Part shown: positions 52,122 to 61,531 of the stretch, piece by piece
How the letters are laid out: the number at the start of each line of letters is the position of its first letter
Numbering within the stretch: the stretch's first letter is position 1
NCBI GenBank assembly: GCA_019695175.1
Contig: JAIBAM010000001.1
Location: 277,689 to 341,688 of the forward strand
Reading direction: 5' to 3'
From: Bdellovibrionales bacterium
GTDB lineage: Bacteria > Bdellovibrionota > Bdellovibrionia > Bdellovibrionales > UBA1609
DNA length: 64,000 nt
Translations under genes and position numbers: made by a program
Notes under the pieces: generated by a model
The model's database searches: none
What the model saw: the letters and a program-made list of their open reading frames with translations, nothing else
Told to the model about the DNA's origin: nothing

Positions 52122-53363
52122 ATGGGAACTCGTTGTTTATTATTCATTTTTTTAATTTTGACTTGGAATCACCAACGGGTTGAGGCTCAGTTAGATCCTT
52201 CTTCGGCATTGCTTTTGCGAAGTGGTAGTGAAGATCCAAAACAGAACCCCTGGGATTCCAGTCGGTATATTAAAAAATCAAATACAAATGAAAAATCTTC
52301 TAGGATGGAGGGTAGAAAAAACAAAAATTCTGAAGAAGAAGAAGAGGTTCCAAAAAGCACGATCGATAAAGTAGGGCAAAAATCAGAGTCCAGTTCCAGC
52401 TCCAACTTAAGTTCATCCGAAAAAACCGAGGAGAGTTCTCCAAGTGAATCGGAAAAAAACACAGTGAATAAGGCTGATCAAAAAAAAATCAATGGAAAAT
52501 CTACCGTCGATGACAAAAAGGACTCATTGGAGAACGAAAAAATTAAAGAAGAAGTATCGCCATCCTTTGCAGCACAATTGCAGAATCTTTTATTGGGCGG
52601 AACTTTTCAACAAATGGAAAATTATAAGTTAAATTTGAAAACAGAGGACTCAAGAAAAAACATTGTGGAGCTGTCTTTAGCTCCAACTCTTCTCTACACC
52701 GATGCCCACAGTTCCTATTGGTATCGCAAATGGGTTTCGGCTTCTCCGGCTTATTCTTTGGGTGCTCAGGTATGGGTTTCACCCTTTTTTGGAGTTCAAA
52801 TTGATTTTATTAATAGTTTGGATGGATCTATTCCTGCTTCTTCTTCAAATTCCAATCGAGTGAGTTTGGATCAATCCTGGTTTAACGCTGGGTTACAGTG
52901 GAGAAAGTTTTCGGGCGTTCAACATAAATCAAAAGAATTTAGTTTTGGTCTTTCCTTTATGGAACAAAAGAATGAAGTGGCTGGGGATTCTACTCAAAGG
53001 GTCAGTACAAAAACCACTGGAGTGAGGTTGAATTTAGCCCTTTCTCTGCCCCAATCACCAGAGACGTCTTGGCAATTGGGGGGATTTTTACTCCCCATTG
53101 CTAGGCACCAGGAGATTTCAACTCAAATTAAGTTATCTTCGGGTACAAAAAATAGTTCCAGTCTTTTTGGAGTTTGGATTGGTGCAACTCATCTTTTAGA
53201 TCGTCATTACAAATTTTTTTGGCGATTGCAGGAGATTGTGGAACAAAATCGCTTTGAGGGAGATGCTTCTCACTCTGATCCTGTAAATGGAACGACTCCC
53301 AATGGGGTTTCAGTGTTCACAGGAACTAGCTTGTTTATTTTGGGTTTGCAGTGGGGGGGGTAA
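52122..53363 (+). CDS. hypothetical secreted protein, possible outer-membrane beta-barrel
   Basis: A signal peptide and a Ser/Glu/Lys-rich ~150-aa region. The C-terminal half has an alternating hydrophobic pattern. The function is not established. Confidence 0.55.
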   Translation: MGTRCLLFIFLILTWNHQRVEAQLDPSSALLLRSGSEDPKQNPWDSSRYIKKSNTNEKSSRMEGRKNKNSEEEEEVPKSTIDKVGQKSESSSSSNLSSSEKTEESSPSESEKNTVNKADQKKINGKSTVDDKKDSLENEKIKEEVSPSFAAQLQNLLLGGTFQQMENYKLNLKTEDSRKNIVELSLAPTLLYTDAHSSYWYRKWVSASPAYSLGAQVWVSPFFGVQIDFINSLDGSIPASSSNSNRVSLDQSWFNAGLQWRKFSGVQHKSKEFSFGLSFMEQKNEVAGDSTQRVSTKTTGVRLNLALSLPQSPETSWQLGGFLLPIARHQEISTQIKLSSGTKNSSSLFGVWIGATHLLDRHYKFFWRLQEIVEQNRFEGDASHSDPVNGTTPNGVSVFTGTSLFILGLQWGG

Positions 53364-53427
53364 CTCCCTAATACTTAAACTTAAGTTAGATCCATTGTAA
53401 AATACAAAACAAATAAATTAAATTTAT

Positions 53428-54777
53428 CTATTCGTTTATAGTGGAAAGATAGATCGAAAAAGCTTTTTTTGCATTTTCCAATTGGAGAGCTTTTTTCTGC
53501 CGCTTATCTTCATGGGATTTTATCTTCAAACCACTGGGATTTGGGAAAAGACCGAAATTAATGTTGGTGGGTTGAAAGTAATCATTATCCTCTGTAATCG
53601 CATGGAGTAGCGATCCCATGGCAGACTCTCGAGGTGGCGCAGTGAAGGACTGGTTTCTTTTTTGCTCTGCCACAAATTTTGCGACGATGATTCCGATACA
53701 AGTGGAGTCAAAGTATCCTTCAACTCCAGTGATTTGCCCTGCAAAAAAAAGCTCAGGATCCTTTCGACTCTGTAAAAAGGGGGTCAATTTTTTTGGAGTC
53801 TGAATATAAAGATTGCGATGAATGCTTCCTAATTTAAGAAATTCAGCTTCTTCTAAGCCCGGAATCATTCTAAATATTTTTTGTTGTTCTTGGTAGGCCA
53901 TTTTAGTTTGAAATCCAACCATGTTGTAAGCCGTTCCCTCTTTATTTTCCTGACGCAGTTGAACAACGGCGTAGTATGTTTGATGGTTACGGGGATTTTT
54001 TATTCCTTTGGGGGACATGGGGCCAAATCGAGGGGTCTCAAGTCCCCTTTCAATCATAGTTTCAATGGGCATGCATCCAGAAAAGTAAGGTGTGTTTTTT
54101 TCAAAATCCTTGGACTCTACTTTTCGTGCCAAAGAAATGGCTTTGACGAACTCATAGTATTGCTCACGGTTCATGCCACAATTATAATAATCCTGATGAC
54201 CCTTTCCAAAACGATCTGCTTTAAAAGCTATTTCAGTTTGAATTGAATCTGTATCAATCACTGGAGCAATAGCGTCAAAAAAATACAAAAACTCATCGTC
54301 AAAGTGATTTTTAAGATCTAATGCCAGGGTCGAGTGAGTCAGGGGGCCTGTGGCGATAACTGCGGGTCGTGGGATATCACTCAGTTTTTCTACCACTTGA
54401 TCGATGACTTCAATAAGTGGATGGTTTCTTAGAGTCTCAGTAATGTGTTTTGAAAATCGCTCTCGATCCACAGCAAGAGCCATCCCTGCGGGGACATTAA
54501 ATTTTTTGGCACTGGAAAGTACAAGACTATTCATTTGCTCCGCTTCCCATTTGAGCTGGCCAGGAGCTGAATAATCCGTTTGGGATCCAAGTGAGTTGGA
54601 ACAAACCAGTTCAGCAAAATGAGCTGTTTTATGCGCCTCAGTGGTTGTTGAAGATGGACCTGGGTTGCGCATTTCATAAATCTTAACGGAAAAACCCATT
54701 TGGGCCAATTGCCAAGCGCACTCACTTCCTGCTAGGCCGGCGCCAACGATATGAACTGGTTTATTTTCATTTATCAT
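53428..54777 (-). CDS. trmFO: methylenetetrahydrofolate--tRNA-(uracil-5-)-methyltransferase
   Basis: VHIVGAGLAGSECAWQLA FAD motif, ELVCSNS, and a ~450-aa Gid-type architecture. Confidence 0.9.
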   Translation of the reverse strand: MINENKPVHIVGAGLAGSECAWQLAQMGFSVKIYEMRNPGPSSTTTEAHKTAHFAELVCSNSLGSQTDYSAPGQLKWEAEQMNSLVLSSAKKFNVPAGMALAVDRERFSKHITETLRNHPLIEVIDQVVEKLSDIPRPAVIATGPLTHSTLALDLKNHFDDEFLYFFDAIAPVIDTDSIQTEIAFKADRFGKGHQDYYNCGMNREQYYEFVKAISLARKVESKDFEKNTPYFSGCMPIETMIERGLETPRFGPMSPKGIKNPRNHQTYYAVVQLRQENKEGTAYNMVGFQTKMAYQEQQKIFRMIPGLEEAEFLKLGSIHRNLYIQTPKKLTPFLQSRKDPELFFAGQITGVEGYFDSTCIGIIVAKFVAEQKRNQSFTAPPRESAMGSLLHAITEDNDYFQPTNINFGLFPNPSGLKIKSHEDKRQKKALQLENAKKAFSIYLSTINE

Positions 54778-54791
54778 GATAGTTTTTTTCC

Positions 54792-55184
54792 ATGTCTAAG
54801 CCATCCAAAAATCTTTCTAGAACTCGAGAAGATAAACTCACCCCTGTGTCAAACATTTTGCAAAGCTTGTTGTCAAGGGGACAATCCCCATTGTCCGATC
54901 AATTTTTAAGATGGAGAGTTTGGAATAGCTGGTCTGAAATTGTGGGAAGTAGGGTCTGTCAATACTCAGTCCCTGTCGGATTTCACCATGGTATTCTTAT
55001 TGTCTGGGTGAAGACATCAGCCCATTTGCATGATTTAAGTTTTGCATTGGATTTGATTCGAACTAAAGTGAATCACCATGTTGGCTTTGATTGGATTCAT
55101 TCTGTCCGTCTGACTGTGGATAAAAAAGATGTTCCAAACTGCAATGAAGGTTCTTCTAAACTAAAAGAATTTTTGTCCAAATAG
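54792..55184 (+). CDS. DUF721 (DciA-like) protein
   Basis: The W.VWNSWSEIVG...GILIVWVKTSAHLHDLSF pattern is characteristic of DUF721. Confidence 0.7.
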   Translation: MSKPSKNLSRTREDKLTPVSNILQSLLSRGQSPLSDQFLRWRVWNSWSEIVGSRVCQYSVPVGFHHGILIVWVKTSAHLHDLSFALDLIRTKVNHHVGFDWIHSVRLTVDKKDVPNCNEGSSKLKEFLSK

Positions 55185-55226
55185 TGAATTCAAAATTGGA
55201 TTTTTAGAGGCATGGATATTAAAGTG

Positions 55227-55266
55227 CCTATTAACCTATTAACCTATTAACCTATTAACCTATTAA
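55227..55266. repeat. perfect tandem octamer (CCTATTAA) x5
   Basis: Read directly from the sequence. The last unit contains the recO stop codon on the minus strand. Confidence 0.95.
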
Positions 55267-55886
55267 AGGGAGTTAAAGGTTTCACTGAGGCCATTTATAT
55301 ATTGTAGGAGTAAAATTTTTGTCTCCCCGTGTAGGAAGGTCAGCTCTTCCTTATTTAAAATAACTCTATGGTGATCTTTTAACGAATATTTTAGAAACTG
55401 AGAAAATCTTTCCACAGTTTTAAGCACACCCAGAGCGTGGAGAACTCGAACTTCAAAATGCAACTGTAAAATGGGGAGACGATCACTTTCTTCGGCTGCA
55501 GTAAGAGCATTTCCCAGTAAGTTAAATAGCTCGGGGGAGTCATCGACTCCCGGTTGAGCGAGTTGGGCCATCAATTTTACTAAGGACAAGCCCATTTCCA
55601 CTCGCTCATATTGATGACGTAATTTTTCAAATCCATTGAGGAGCTCGACTTCGAGAAGAGGGTGTAGTGGTGAGTCCTCATGAGTCGTTTTTGGTATTTG
55701 GTAGTGGATCAGTACATGGTGAGTGGGCTCTAGTAAACCGCCAGAGAATCTTTTTCGACTGGCCATTGCACCACGAGCTATAAAACTCATTTTTGCTCCT
55801 CCGGTGTTAAGACCATGTAAAATGAGATTGGATTCTCCTGATTTAAATGTGCGTAAAATGAGAATGCGTGTTTGCGCTTGAGGCAT
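55263..55886 (-). CDS. recO: DNA repair protein RecO
   Basis: N-terminal OB-fold ILILRTFKSGESNLILHGLNTGGAKMSFIARGA..SRKRF. A short 207-aa form. Confidence 0.8.
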   Translation of the reverse strand: MPQAQTRILILRTFKSGESNLILHGLNTGGAKMSFIARGAMASRKRFSGGLLEPTHHVLIHYQIPKTTHEDSPLHPLLEVELLNGFEKLRHQYERVEMGLSLVKLMAQLAQPGVDDSPELFNLLGNALTAAEESDRLPILQLHFEVRVLHALGVLKTVERFSQFLKYSLKDHHRVILNKEELTFLHGETKILLLQYINGLSETFNSL

Positions 55887-56310
55887 AAATATTTCTAAAA
55901 TGATTTTTGAGGATTTCGCAAAGAATAATTTTTGTTGTCATGATTTTTTCTTTAAAGAAAATCGAATTACAAATGCAGTAGCAGTAAATAAAATTTTCAT
56001 AAATGGTCTTCATGATTTGTAAATTCTATAGACAGATCATGACAGATTTCTTGTAAGGAACAATGGGTCTTGTCTTTCGTCCTTACCTCTGAATTTGAAT
56101 AATGACCTTAGACGTGATTTTAAAAAATTGGGAAATAAAATCAATTATTCTGAGAGTTGTTTTGCACAAAGTTTATTATCGATTCTTGACTTTACGAATT
56201 CATAATATTAGCTAAGGTTTCACGATCATTCTACCGTAGAGAAGAAAGTAGAAATTGAATTGTTAGCGTCATAAGAAACTTTGACCAGGACGTTGAAGGA
56301 GACCTACCTA

Positions 56311-56538
56311 ATGTTAGTATTAACCCGAAAACTTGGCGAAAGTATTGCGATTGATGATCATATAAAAATCCGTGTGGTGCAAATCAAAGGCAAACAGGTT
56401 CGCTTGGGTATTGAAGCTCCTAAAGATACAAAGATCCACCGTGAAGAGGTTTATCAGGCCATTCAAACTCAAAATCAAGAGTCTGCTAGTTCTGACTATG
56501 ATAGTGCATTGGCCGCTTCAAAATTGTTGAAAGCTTAA
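56311..56538 (+). CDS. csrA: carbon storage regulator CsrA
   Basis: [50 protein letters not shown] 56311 has GAAGGAG upstream. Confidence 0.95.
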   Translation: MLVLTRKLGESIAIDDHIKIRVVQIKGKQVRLGIEAPKDTKIHREEVYQAIQTQNQESASSDYDSALAASKLLKA

Positions 56539-56678
56539 TCTGCTGGGCCTTTGGGAGACAGGGTCCAACCCAACCTTTTCCTTTAAATAATAACGCAATG
56601 AATAACTATAGCCATTAGTTTACTTTGTAGGCATTCTATAAAAAGGGGGATGGGATGCGTACTAGGGGGGAAAAACCA

Positions 56679-57215
56679 ATGAAAATTCAGACTTCTAGGT
56701 TTGGAGTGGTTCAGATTACAAGTGAGGATCTCTTAGATTTCCCAGAAGGACTTTTGGGATTTGCGTCTTTAAGAAAATTTGTTTTGTTGGATGAGCCCAG
56801 TGATGATGTTTTTGCCTGGTTACAGAGTGCTGAGGAGCCAACGGTTGCGTTTCCAGTTTTGGAACCAGAACTTTTTGTTAGTAACTATAATGTTCAACTC
56901 ACTAAACATGATTTAGATTCTCTTAAATTGCCGGTAGGTGAAATTTTTAGAACCTTTGTTATTATAACAATTCCTCAAGATCCCACGTTAATGACAGCAA
57001 ACTTGAAAGCTCCGATTATTATTAACGTTTCTCGACGATTAGCAAGGCAATGTGTTTTACAAGATAATCAGTTGGCAATTCGTGAACCAATTTTTAATAA
57101 ATTACAACAGCGTGTGGTTCAGTTTCCGCAAACTCCAATTAAAAGTCAAAGCGTAGATAATAATTTACCTATGCGCAGAGCTCCTGTTCGTAGCCCAGAA
57201 CAAAGTCCGGAATAA
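56679..57215 (+). CDS. fliW: flagellar assembly factor FliW (CsrA antagonist) with C-terminal extension
   Basis: MKIQTSRFG...DFPEGLLGF...F.LLD and NLKAPIIIN motifs. About 30 extra C-terminal residues. Confidence 0.9.
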   Translation: MKIQTSRFGVVQITSEDLLDFPEGLLGFASLRKFVLLDEPSDDVFAWLQSAEEPTVAFPVLEPELFVSNYNVQLTKHDLDSLKLPVGEIFRTFVIITIPQDPTLMTANLKAPIIINVSRRLARQCVLQDNQLAIREPIFNKLQQRVVQFPQTPIKSQSVDNNLPMRRAPVRSPEQSPE

Positions 57216-57387
57216 AATTTAAAAATTAAGGCGAACTTAGCCTTTACCTAACCAGCACCTAAGCTAGGTTATAAAAAAACCAGTCTTTTCCAATTCATTG
57301 GGAATTCCGAAATATCTGAAAGATAAGATGAGTTTAAGACAATAAGTTTAAGACAAATAGTTCACTTATATAAGCCAGGATGGCCTT

Positions 57388-58137
57388 GTGTCCCCAAGGA
57401 AGGAGATCATGATCCCATGGAGGGCATCATCAATGAGGTCATCAAAGCGAAATCAGGTTTTACTTACTGGCACCTTGGTTCTTCTTTCCTTTTTTTCAAT
57501 TTCAAAAAGTTTTGGGGAAAATGAAATTACAATTTTAGATGTTAAAAAAACTTTAGCCATGTCGGATAAAGAAGTGACTTATCGGGACTATTATTTATCC
57601 CATGGGAATAAGGCAGGACTTCGCTTGGGAATGATTCTCATCGTAAAGCGAAAAGTTCCACTGTATGACTCTTTCCGTAATAGAAATGCAGGAACCTTGA
57701 ATGTTCCCGTGGCTCGAATAAAAATAATTCAAGTGGAGTCTGACTTGGCAGTGGCTCGATTTTTTTCTGAACTAAATAGAAAGTATCTTCCTTTGTTGGA
57801 AGACAATTTTATTATGGTGGGTGATTTCGTTGAGCTTAGATCGGCAACAACAGAAGAACAGTTAAACACCAGAAATGATTCTGAAAAGGGTGAAGAGAGT
57901 CAAAAAGAATTGCCGATCATAGTTCAAGAGAATTCAACTGCAATCTCTTCCTCTGCCACGCCAGAAAAAAAAGAGGGGGAAATTAAGCTGAACCCGAATC
58001 ATGGTAAAGATAAGATCAAAGAACAGATTAAAGAACAAGTTAAAGAGCAGGTCAGAGAACAGACCAATGGACAGGCGGAAGAACAGAAAAGTGAAGCCGT
58101 AAAGAAGCCAGCCATTTCAGGTGACATTCAAACTTAA
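57388..58137 (+). CDS. hypothetical secreted protein with C-terminal KEQ repeats
   Basis: Signal peptide, and a C-terminal KIKEQIKEQVKEQVREQ repeat with 12-nt periodicity. The start is either 57388 or the ATG at 57433. Confidence 0.6.
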   Translation: MSPRKEIMIPWRASSMRSSKRNQVLLTGTLVLLSFFSISKSFGENEITILDVKKTLAMSDKEVTYRDYYLSHGNKAGLRLGMILIVKRKVPLYDSFRNRNAGTLNVPVARIKIIQVESDLAVARFFSELNRKYLPLLEDNFIMVGDFVELRSATTEEQLNTRNDSEKGEESQKELPIIVQENSTAISSSATPEKKEGEIKLNPNHGKDKIKEQIKEQVKEQVREQTNGQAEEQKSEAVKKPAISGDIQT

Positions 58138-58316
58138 ATGAATGTTTGGACAGGATCTAAGTGATTAAATTCATTTGGGAATTGGGGTGAGTTCATTTCC
58201 TTTTTTTTGAGTTCATGATTTTGCTTTATTTTCATCCTTATTCCAGGTAATTCCATTCGCCAATATCCCAAGTTTTAATAAAAAAAGACGTTACCCAATC
58301 GGTAAAAGGAGAGCTT

Positions 58317-59216
58317 ATTTATTTTAGATTTCAGATTAAAAATATTTTAACTCAAGATTACGAGACCATTTCAAGTTGGTTTTTTGAACAAGGAGCCTCC
58401 GGGATTGAAGAGGTTTTAGCTTTTAAACAAAATAAAACGGATTATTCAGTTGAGACTCTTCCATCTTCGACTCACAATATTGAAGTCTATTTTGGTGAAC
58501 CACCACTTGACACAATTTGGGAGGATTTTGAAAGGCTATGGCCAAAAGCTCAAATTTCTTTCTTTAAAGAAGAAAGCAAAGATTGGATGGAGGAGTGGAA
58601 AAAAGGATTTGTGCCTTTTGAACTCACAGAATCCATCTGGGTTGTTCCTCCTTGGTGTCCTACTCCTGAGAAAGTTAAGAAAGTTATTTTAATGGAGCCT
58701 GGAATGGCATTTGGGACTGGCACCCATGAGACCACACAAATTGCAGCTCAATTATTAAGTCGAGCCCTTTCAGACATCTCACAACAAAAAGGTGAAGAAA
58801 AAAAGGGGAAGTGCTTACTTGATGTGGGAACAGGAACAGGTATATTGGCTTTATTATCCCGGCATTTAGGAGTTGAGAACGTTATCGCCACAGATATTGA
58901 TTTGGAAGCTGTGAGAGTGGCGAAAGAAAATATCGAGCTTAATAAAGAAAACCATATTTCTGTTTCAAATCAACCCTTAGATCAAATGCCTGACCATTCT
59001 TTTGACGTGGTAGTGGCCAATATTATCGATGGTGTTTTACTTTTGCTGCAGTCGGATTTGAAAAGATTGGTTAAGCCCGGTGGAAAACTCATAATGTCTG
59101 GAATTATTCAGGAAAGATGGGATTATTTTGAAAAACACTTTGACCCAAGCTCATTTAAATTCAGGACTCGATTAAGTAAAAATGAATGGCATGGGGTCAT
59201 GTGGGAAGCAGAATGA
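58317..59216 (+). CDS. prmA: ribosomal protein L11 methyltransferase (start inferred at a non-canonical ATT)
   Basis: EPGMAFGTGTHETT and DVGTGTGILA motifs. The PrmA N-terminal domain is encoded in frame upstream of the track ORF (58587). It has no ATG, GTG or TTG. AAGGAG at 58306-58311 is followed 5 nt later by an in-frame ATT. Confidence 0.8.
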   Translation: MYFRFQIKNILTQDYETISSWFFEQGASGIEEVLAFKQNKTDYSVETLPSSTHNIEVYFGEPPLDTIWEDFERLWPKAQISFFKEESKDWMEEWKKGFVPFELTESIWVVPPWCPTPEKVKKVILMEPGMAFGTGTHETTQIAAQLLSRALSDISQQKGEEKKGKCLLDVGTGTGILALLSRHLGVENVIATDIDLEAVRVAKENIELNKENHISVSNQPLDQMPDHSFDVVVANIIDGVLLLLQSDLKRLVKPGGKLIMSGIIQERWDYFEKHFDPSSFKFRTRLSKNEWHGVMWEAE

Positions 59217-59971
59217 TGCGTCGTTTTTGGTATGAGGGATCTCTTCATTTCGGTCAAAATGTAAAAATTGATGGTGAATTGTTCCATCATTTGATTGGCG
59301 TGTGTCGTTTTAAGATAGGTCAGCAATTTGAATTGCTAGTCCCTCAACAGGCCTGGTTGGTACAAATCCAAGAAATAAATAAAAAAAATTTAATTATTTC
59401 TACGATTCAAACTCGTTCTTTACCTTTAGTATCACTTCCAAAAATTCATTTGGCGCTCTCCATCTGTAAGTGGAATAAAATGGATTTAATAGTGGAAAAA
59501 GCCGTAGAACTTGGAGCTAATTCCATTTATCCTTTTGTTTCAGATCATAGCTTTGTGCGAGAAGTTTCTTTGGTTTCGATGCATAAATGGGAACGTTGGA
59601 ACAAAATTGTACGTCAAGCAACCCAACAAACGGGTCGAGGGGATTTGATGGAGGTTTTTAAATCCACCACACTCACTGGACTCATTTCCCATTTGGAGCA
59701 GGAAAAAAAGTGGAATGACCCATCCACCTTGATTCTATTTCCTTACGAAGGAAACTGCCAGAAAACTTTAAAACAAGTATTAGGTCCTGTGGTTAAGCGG
59801 TCGCTCACAGATGTTTGGGTGTTTGTTGGGAGCGAGGGAGGTTTCTCAGCAGAAGAAGTGGAAAGGTTTCGCAGGACTGGACTTGAACCTGTAACTCTTG
59901 GGGAGCAAATATTAAGAGTGGAAACGGCTTGCTTGGCATTGCTCAGCATTCTAAAATACGAACTAGGTTAA
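59213..59971 (+). CDS. rsmE: 16S rRNA (uracil1498-N3)-methyltransferase
   Basis: MRRFW N-terminus, K..MDLIVEKAVELGA, and GSEGGFS..E motifs. ATGA overlap with the prmA stop. Confidence 0.85.
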   Translation: MMRRFWYEGSLHFGQNVKIDGELFHHLIGVCRFKIGQQFELLVPQQAWLVQIQEINKKNLIISTIQTRSLPLVSLPKIHLALSICKWNKMDLIVEKAVELGANSIYPFVSDHSFVREVSLVSMHKWERWNKIVRQATQQTGRGDLMEVFKSTTLTGLISHLEQEKKWNDPSTLILFPYEGNCQKTLKQVLGPVVKRSLTDVWVFVGSEGGFSAEEVERFRRTGLEPVTLGEQILRVETACLALLSILKYELG

Positions 59972-60007
59972 CGGGTCGACAAAAATATTTTAAGTGGAGT
60001 TAAAATT

Positions 60008-60913
60008 ATGGATCCATTTGATGAATTTGAAATTAAACCCCTCAGTGATGGATTAGGTTTTCATAAAAAAACAGTTTCATTAAGTGAACAGTTTAAAAAC
60101 TCCGGGGTAGTAGAAAATCAAATGTCTCGCATCCCCTCCTACACAGAAAAGAACGAAGGGGCTACGATTTCCCGAAATACGGGCTCCAATGAATCTTTTG
60201 CGGAACTATTAAAGGGGTTGCATCCAAGCGTTAAAAACTCCGACCAAAAGGGAAAACCACAAAAGTCAATCGAGAGAGAAACAGCTAAAAATATTCGAAT
60301 CAGTGAGACCCTGCCTCAGCCGGGTTCAATGAAGCGAAAGACCGCCTCTACCCATTTTGATTTTCCTGTTCCAGGATCGATGCCTCACTATCCGGATGTA
60401 AATAAAAACTATCAACCAGAATCTTCTTTAAACAAAGTGGTGGAATCAGTTGGATTAAAAAGAGGGGCTGCAGATTCTCCTGTTAGAATGTTGGAGAAAG
60501 CTTCTGTTGCTATCTCGGCTTCTATTTTGGATGGAATCGTCATTTTTGCACTTTCTTTGGTTTTTTTAGTTGCGCTCATGACGATCACAAAAATTGATTT
60601 GTCACAATTAATTATGCACTCTGGTTTAGATCTACCAACTCAGTTGGCTTTTACAGTATTGATGGTCGCTGTTCTTTTGATGTATGTGGTAGTGACTCGC
60701 AGTTTTTTTGGTAGAACTTTGGGTGAATGGACTTTTGATTTTCAAATGGGTGATGATTTACAGCACAAAATGGCTCTTTACCCGCTTAAAGTACTTTGGC
60801 GCGGAGTCTTGGTTTTGATGACGGGGATTGTAATTTTGCCGCTATTATCGTTTCTTTTTCGTCGGGACCTACTAGCCTCAATTACCGGACTGCAACTTTA
60901 TCGACAAAAATAA
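60008..60913 (+). CDS. RDD family membrane protein with a long soluble N-terminal region
   Basis: The C-terminal ~130 aa carry ASILDGIVIF and FFGRTLGEWTFDF, an RDD-like pattern, plus 3 TM segments. Confidence 0.6.
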   Translation: MDPFDEFEIKPLSDGLGFHKKTVSLSEQFKNSGVVENQMSRIPSYTEKNEGATISRNTGSNESFAELLKGLHPSVKNSDQKGKPQKSIERETAKNIRISETLPQPGSMKRKTASTHFDFPVPGSMPHYPDVNKNYQPESSLNKVVESVGLKRGAADSPVRMLEKASVAISASILDGIVIFALSLVFLVALMTITKIDLSQLIMHSGLDLPTQLAFTVLMVAVLLMYVVVTRSFFGRTLGEWTFDFQMGDDLQHKMALYPLKVLWRGVLVLMTGIVILPLLSFLFRRDLLASITGLQLYRQK

Positions 60914-60959
60914 AAATACAAGGTTAATTTCGTAGTTAATGTAGTTAAGGAAAATAATT

Positions 60960-61430
60960 TTGGGACATGTGTTAACGCTCGAACAATGGCAAGTAAAAGC
61001 AAAAGATATTCGTAAGAACAGAAAGCATTTAGTGTTTACCAATGGATGTTTTGATATTCTTCATGTGGGACACGTGCGGTATTTACAACAAGCTCGACAG
61101 TTGGGTGATTTATTGATGGTGGGTCTAAACAGTGACTCCAGTGTCAAAAAACTCAAAGGCGAGAGTCGACCCGTTCAATGTGAAGAAGACCGTGCTGAAA
61201 TTCTTTCCGCACTTCAGTGTGTGGACTTTGTCATTCTTTTTGATGAAGAAACCCCTTTATCGCTTATTCAACAAATTCAACCCGATATATTGGTCAAAGG
61301 CGGAGATTGGTCTGTGGAAAAAATCGTGGGCTCTAATTTTGTTCTCTCTCGTGGAGGACAGGTTCAATCCTTACCCTTTCACCCTGGACGAAGCACTTCA
61401 CTCATCCTTAAAAAAGTTTTAGCAGGTTAA
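60960..61430 (+). CDS. rfaE2: D-glycero-beta-D-manno-heptose 1-phosphate adenylyltransferase (HldE C-terminal domain type)
   Basis: Cytidylyltransferase motif FTNGCFDILHVGHVRYL in a 156-aa protein. TTG start. Confidence 0.85.
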   Translation: MGHVLTLEQWQVKAKDIRKNRKHLVFTNGCFDILHVGHVRYLQQARQLGDLLMVGLNSDSSVKKLKGESRPVQCEEDRAEILSALQCVDFVILFDEETPLSLIQQIQPDILVKGGDWSVEKIVGSNFVLSRGGQVQSLPFHPGRSTSLILKKVLAG

Positions 61431-61459
61431 AGCCACAACATAAAAATTTTTGATCTCAC

Positions 61460-61497
61460 TTAGAGTATCTGAGAAAATAAAAGAGCAGATACTCTAA
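61460..61497. terminator. 12-bp hairpin between convergent genes
   Basis: ttagagtatctg / cagatactctaa with a 14-nt loop. Confidence 0.5.
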
Positions 61498-61531
61498 ATT
61501 TATTAAATATATTATATTTATGGTTTATTTT

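Noticed and set aside
55227-55266. Possible CRISPR array
   Set aside because: The units are contiguous 8-bp repeats with no spacers, and no cas genes are present in the window.
55887-56310. CsrB/RsmY-type CsrA-sponge sRNA in the long region upstream of csrA
   Set aside because: Only four GGA motifs occur in 424 nt, and two of those are at the csrA SD. There is no array of GGA-loop hairpins.
58450-58692. 80-aa plus-strand ORF overlapping prmA
   Set aside because: It is out of frame with the clearly homologous PrmA reading frame, and its product has no recognisable features.
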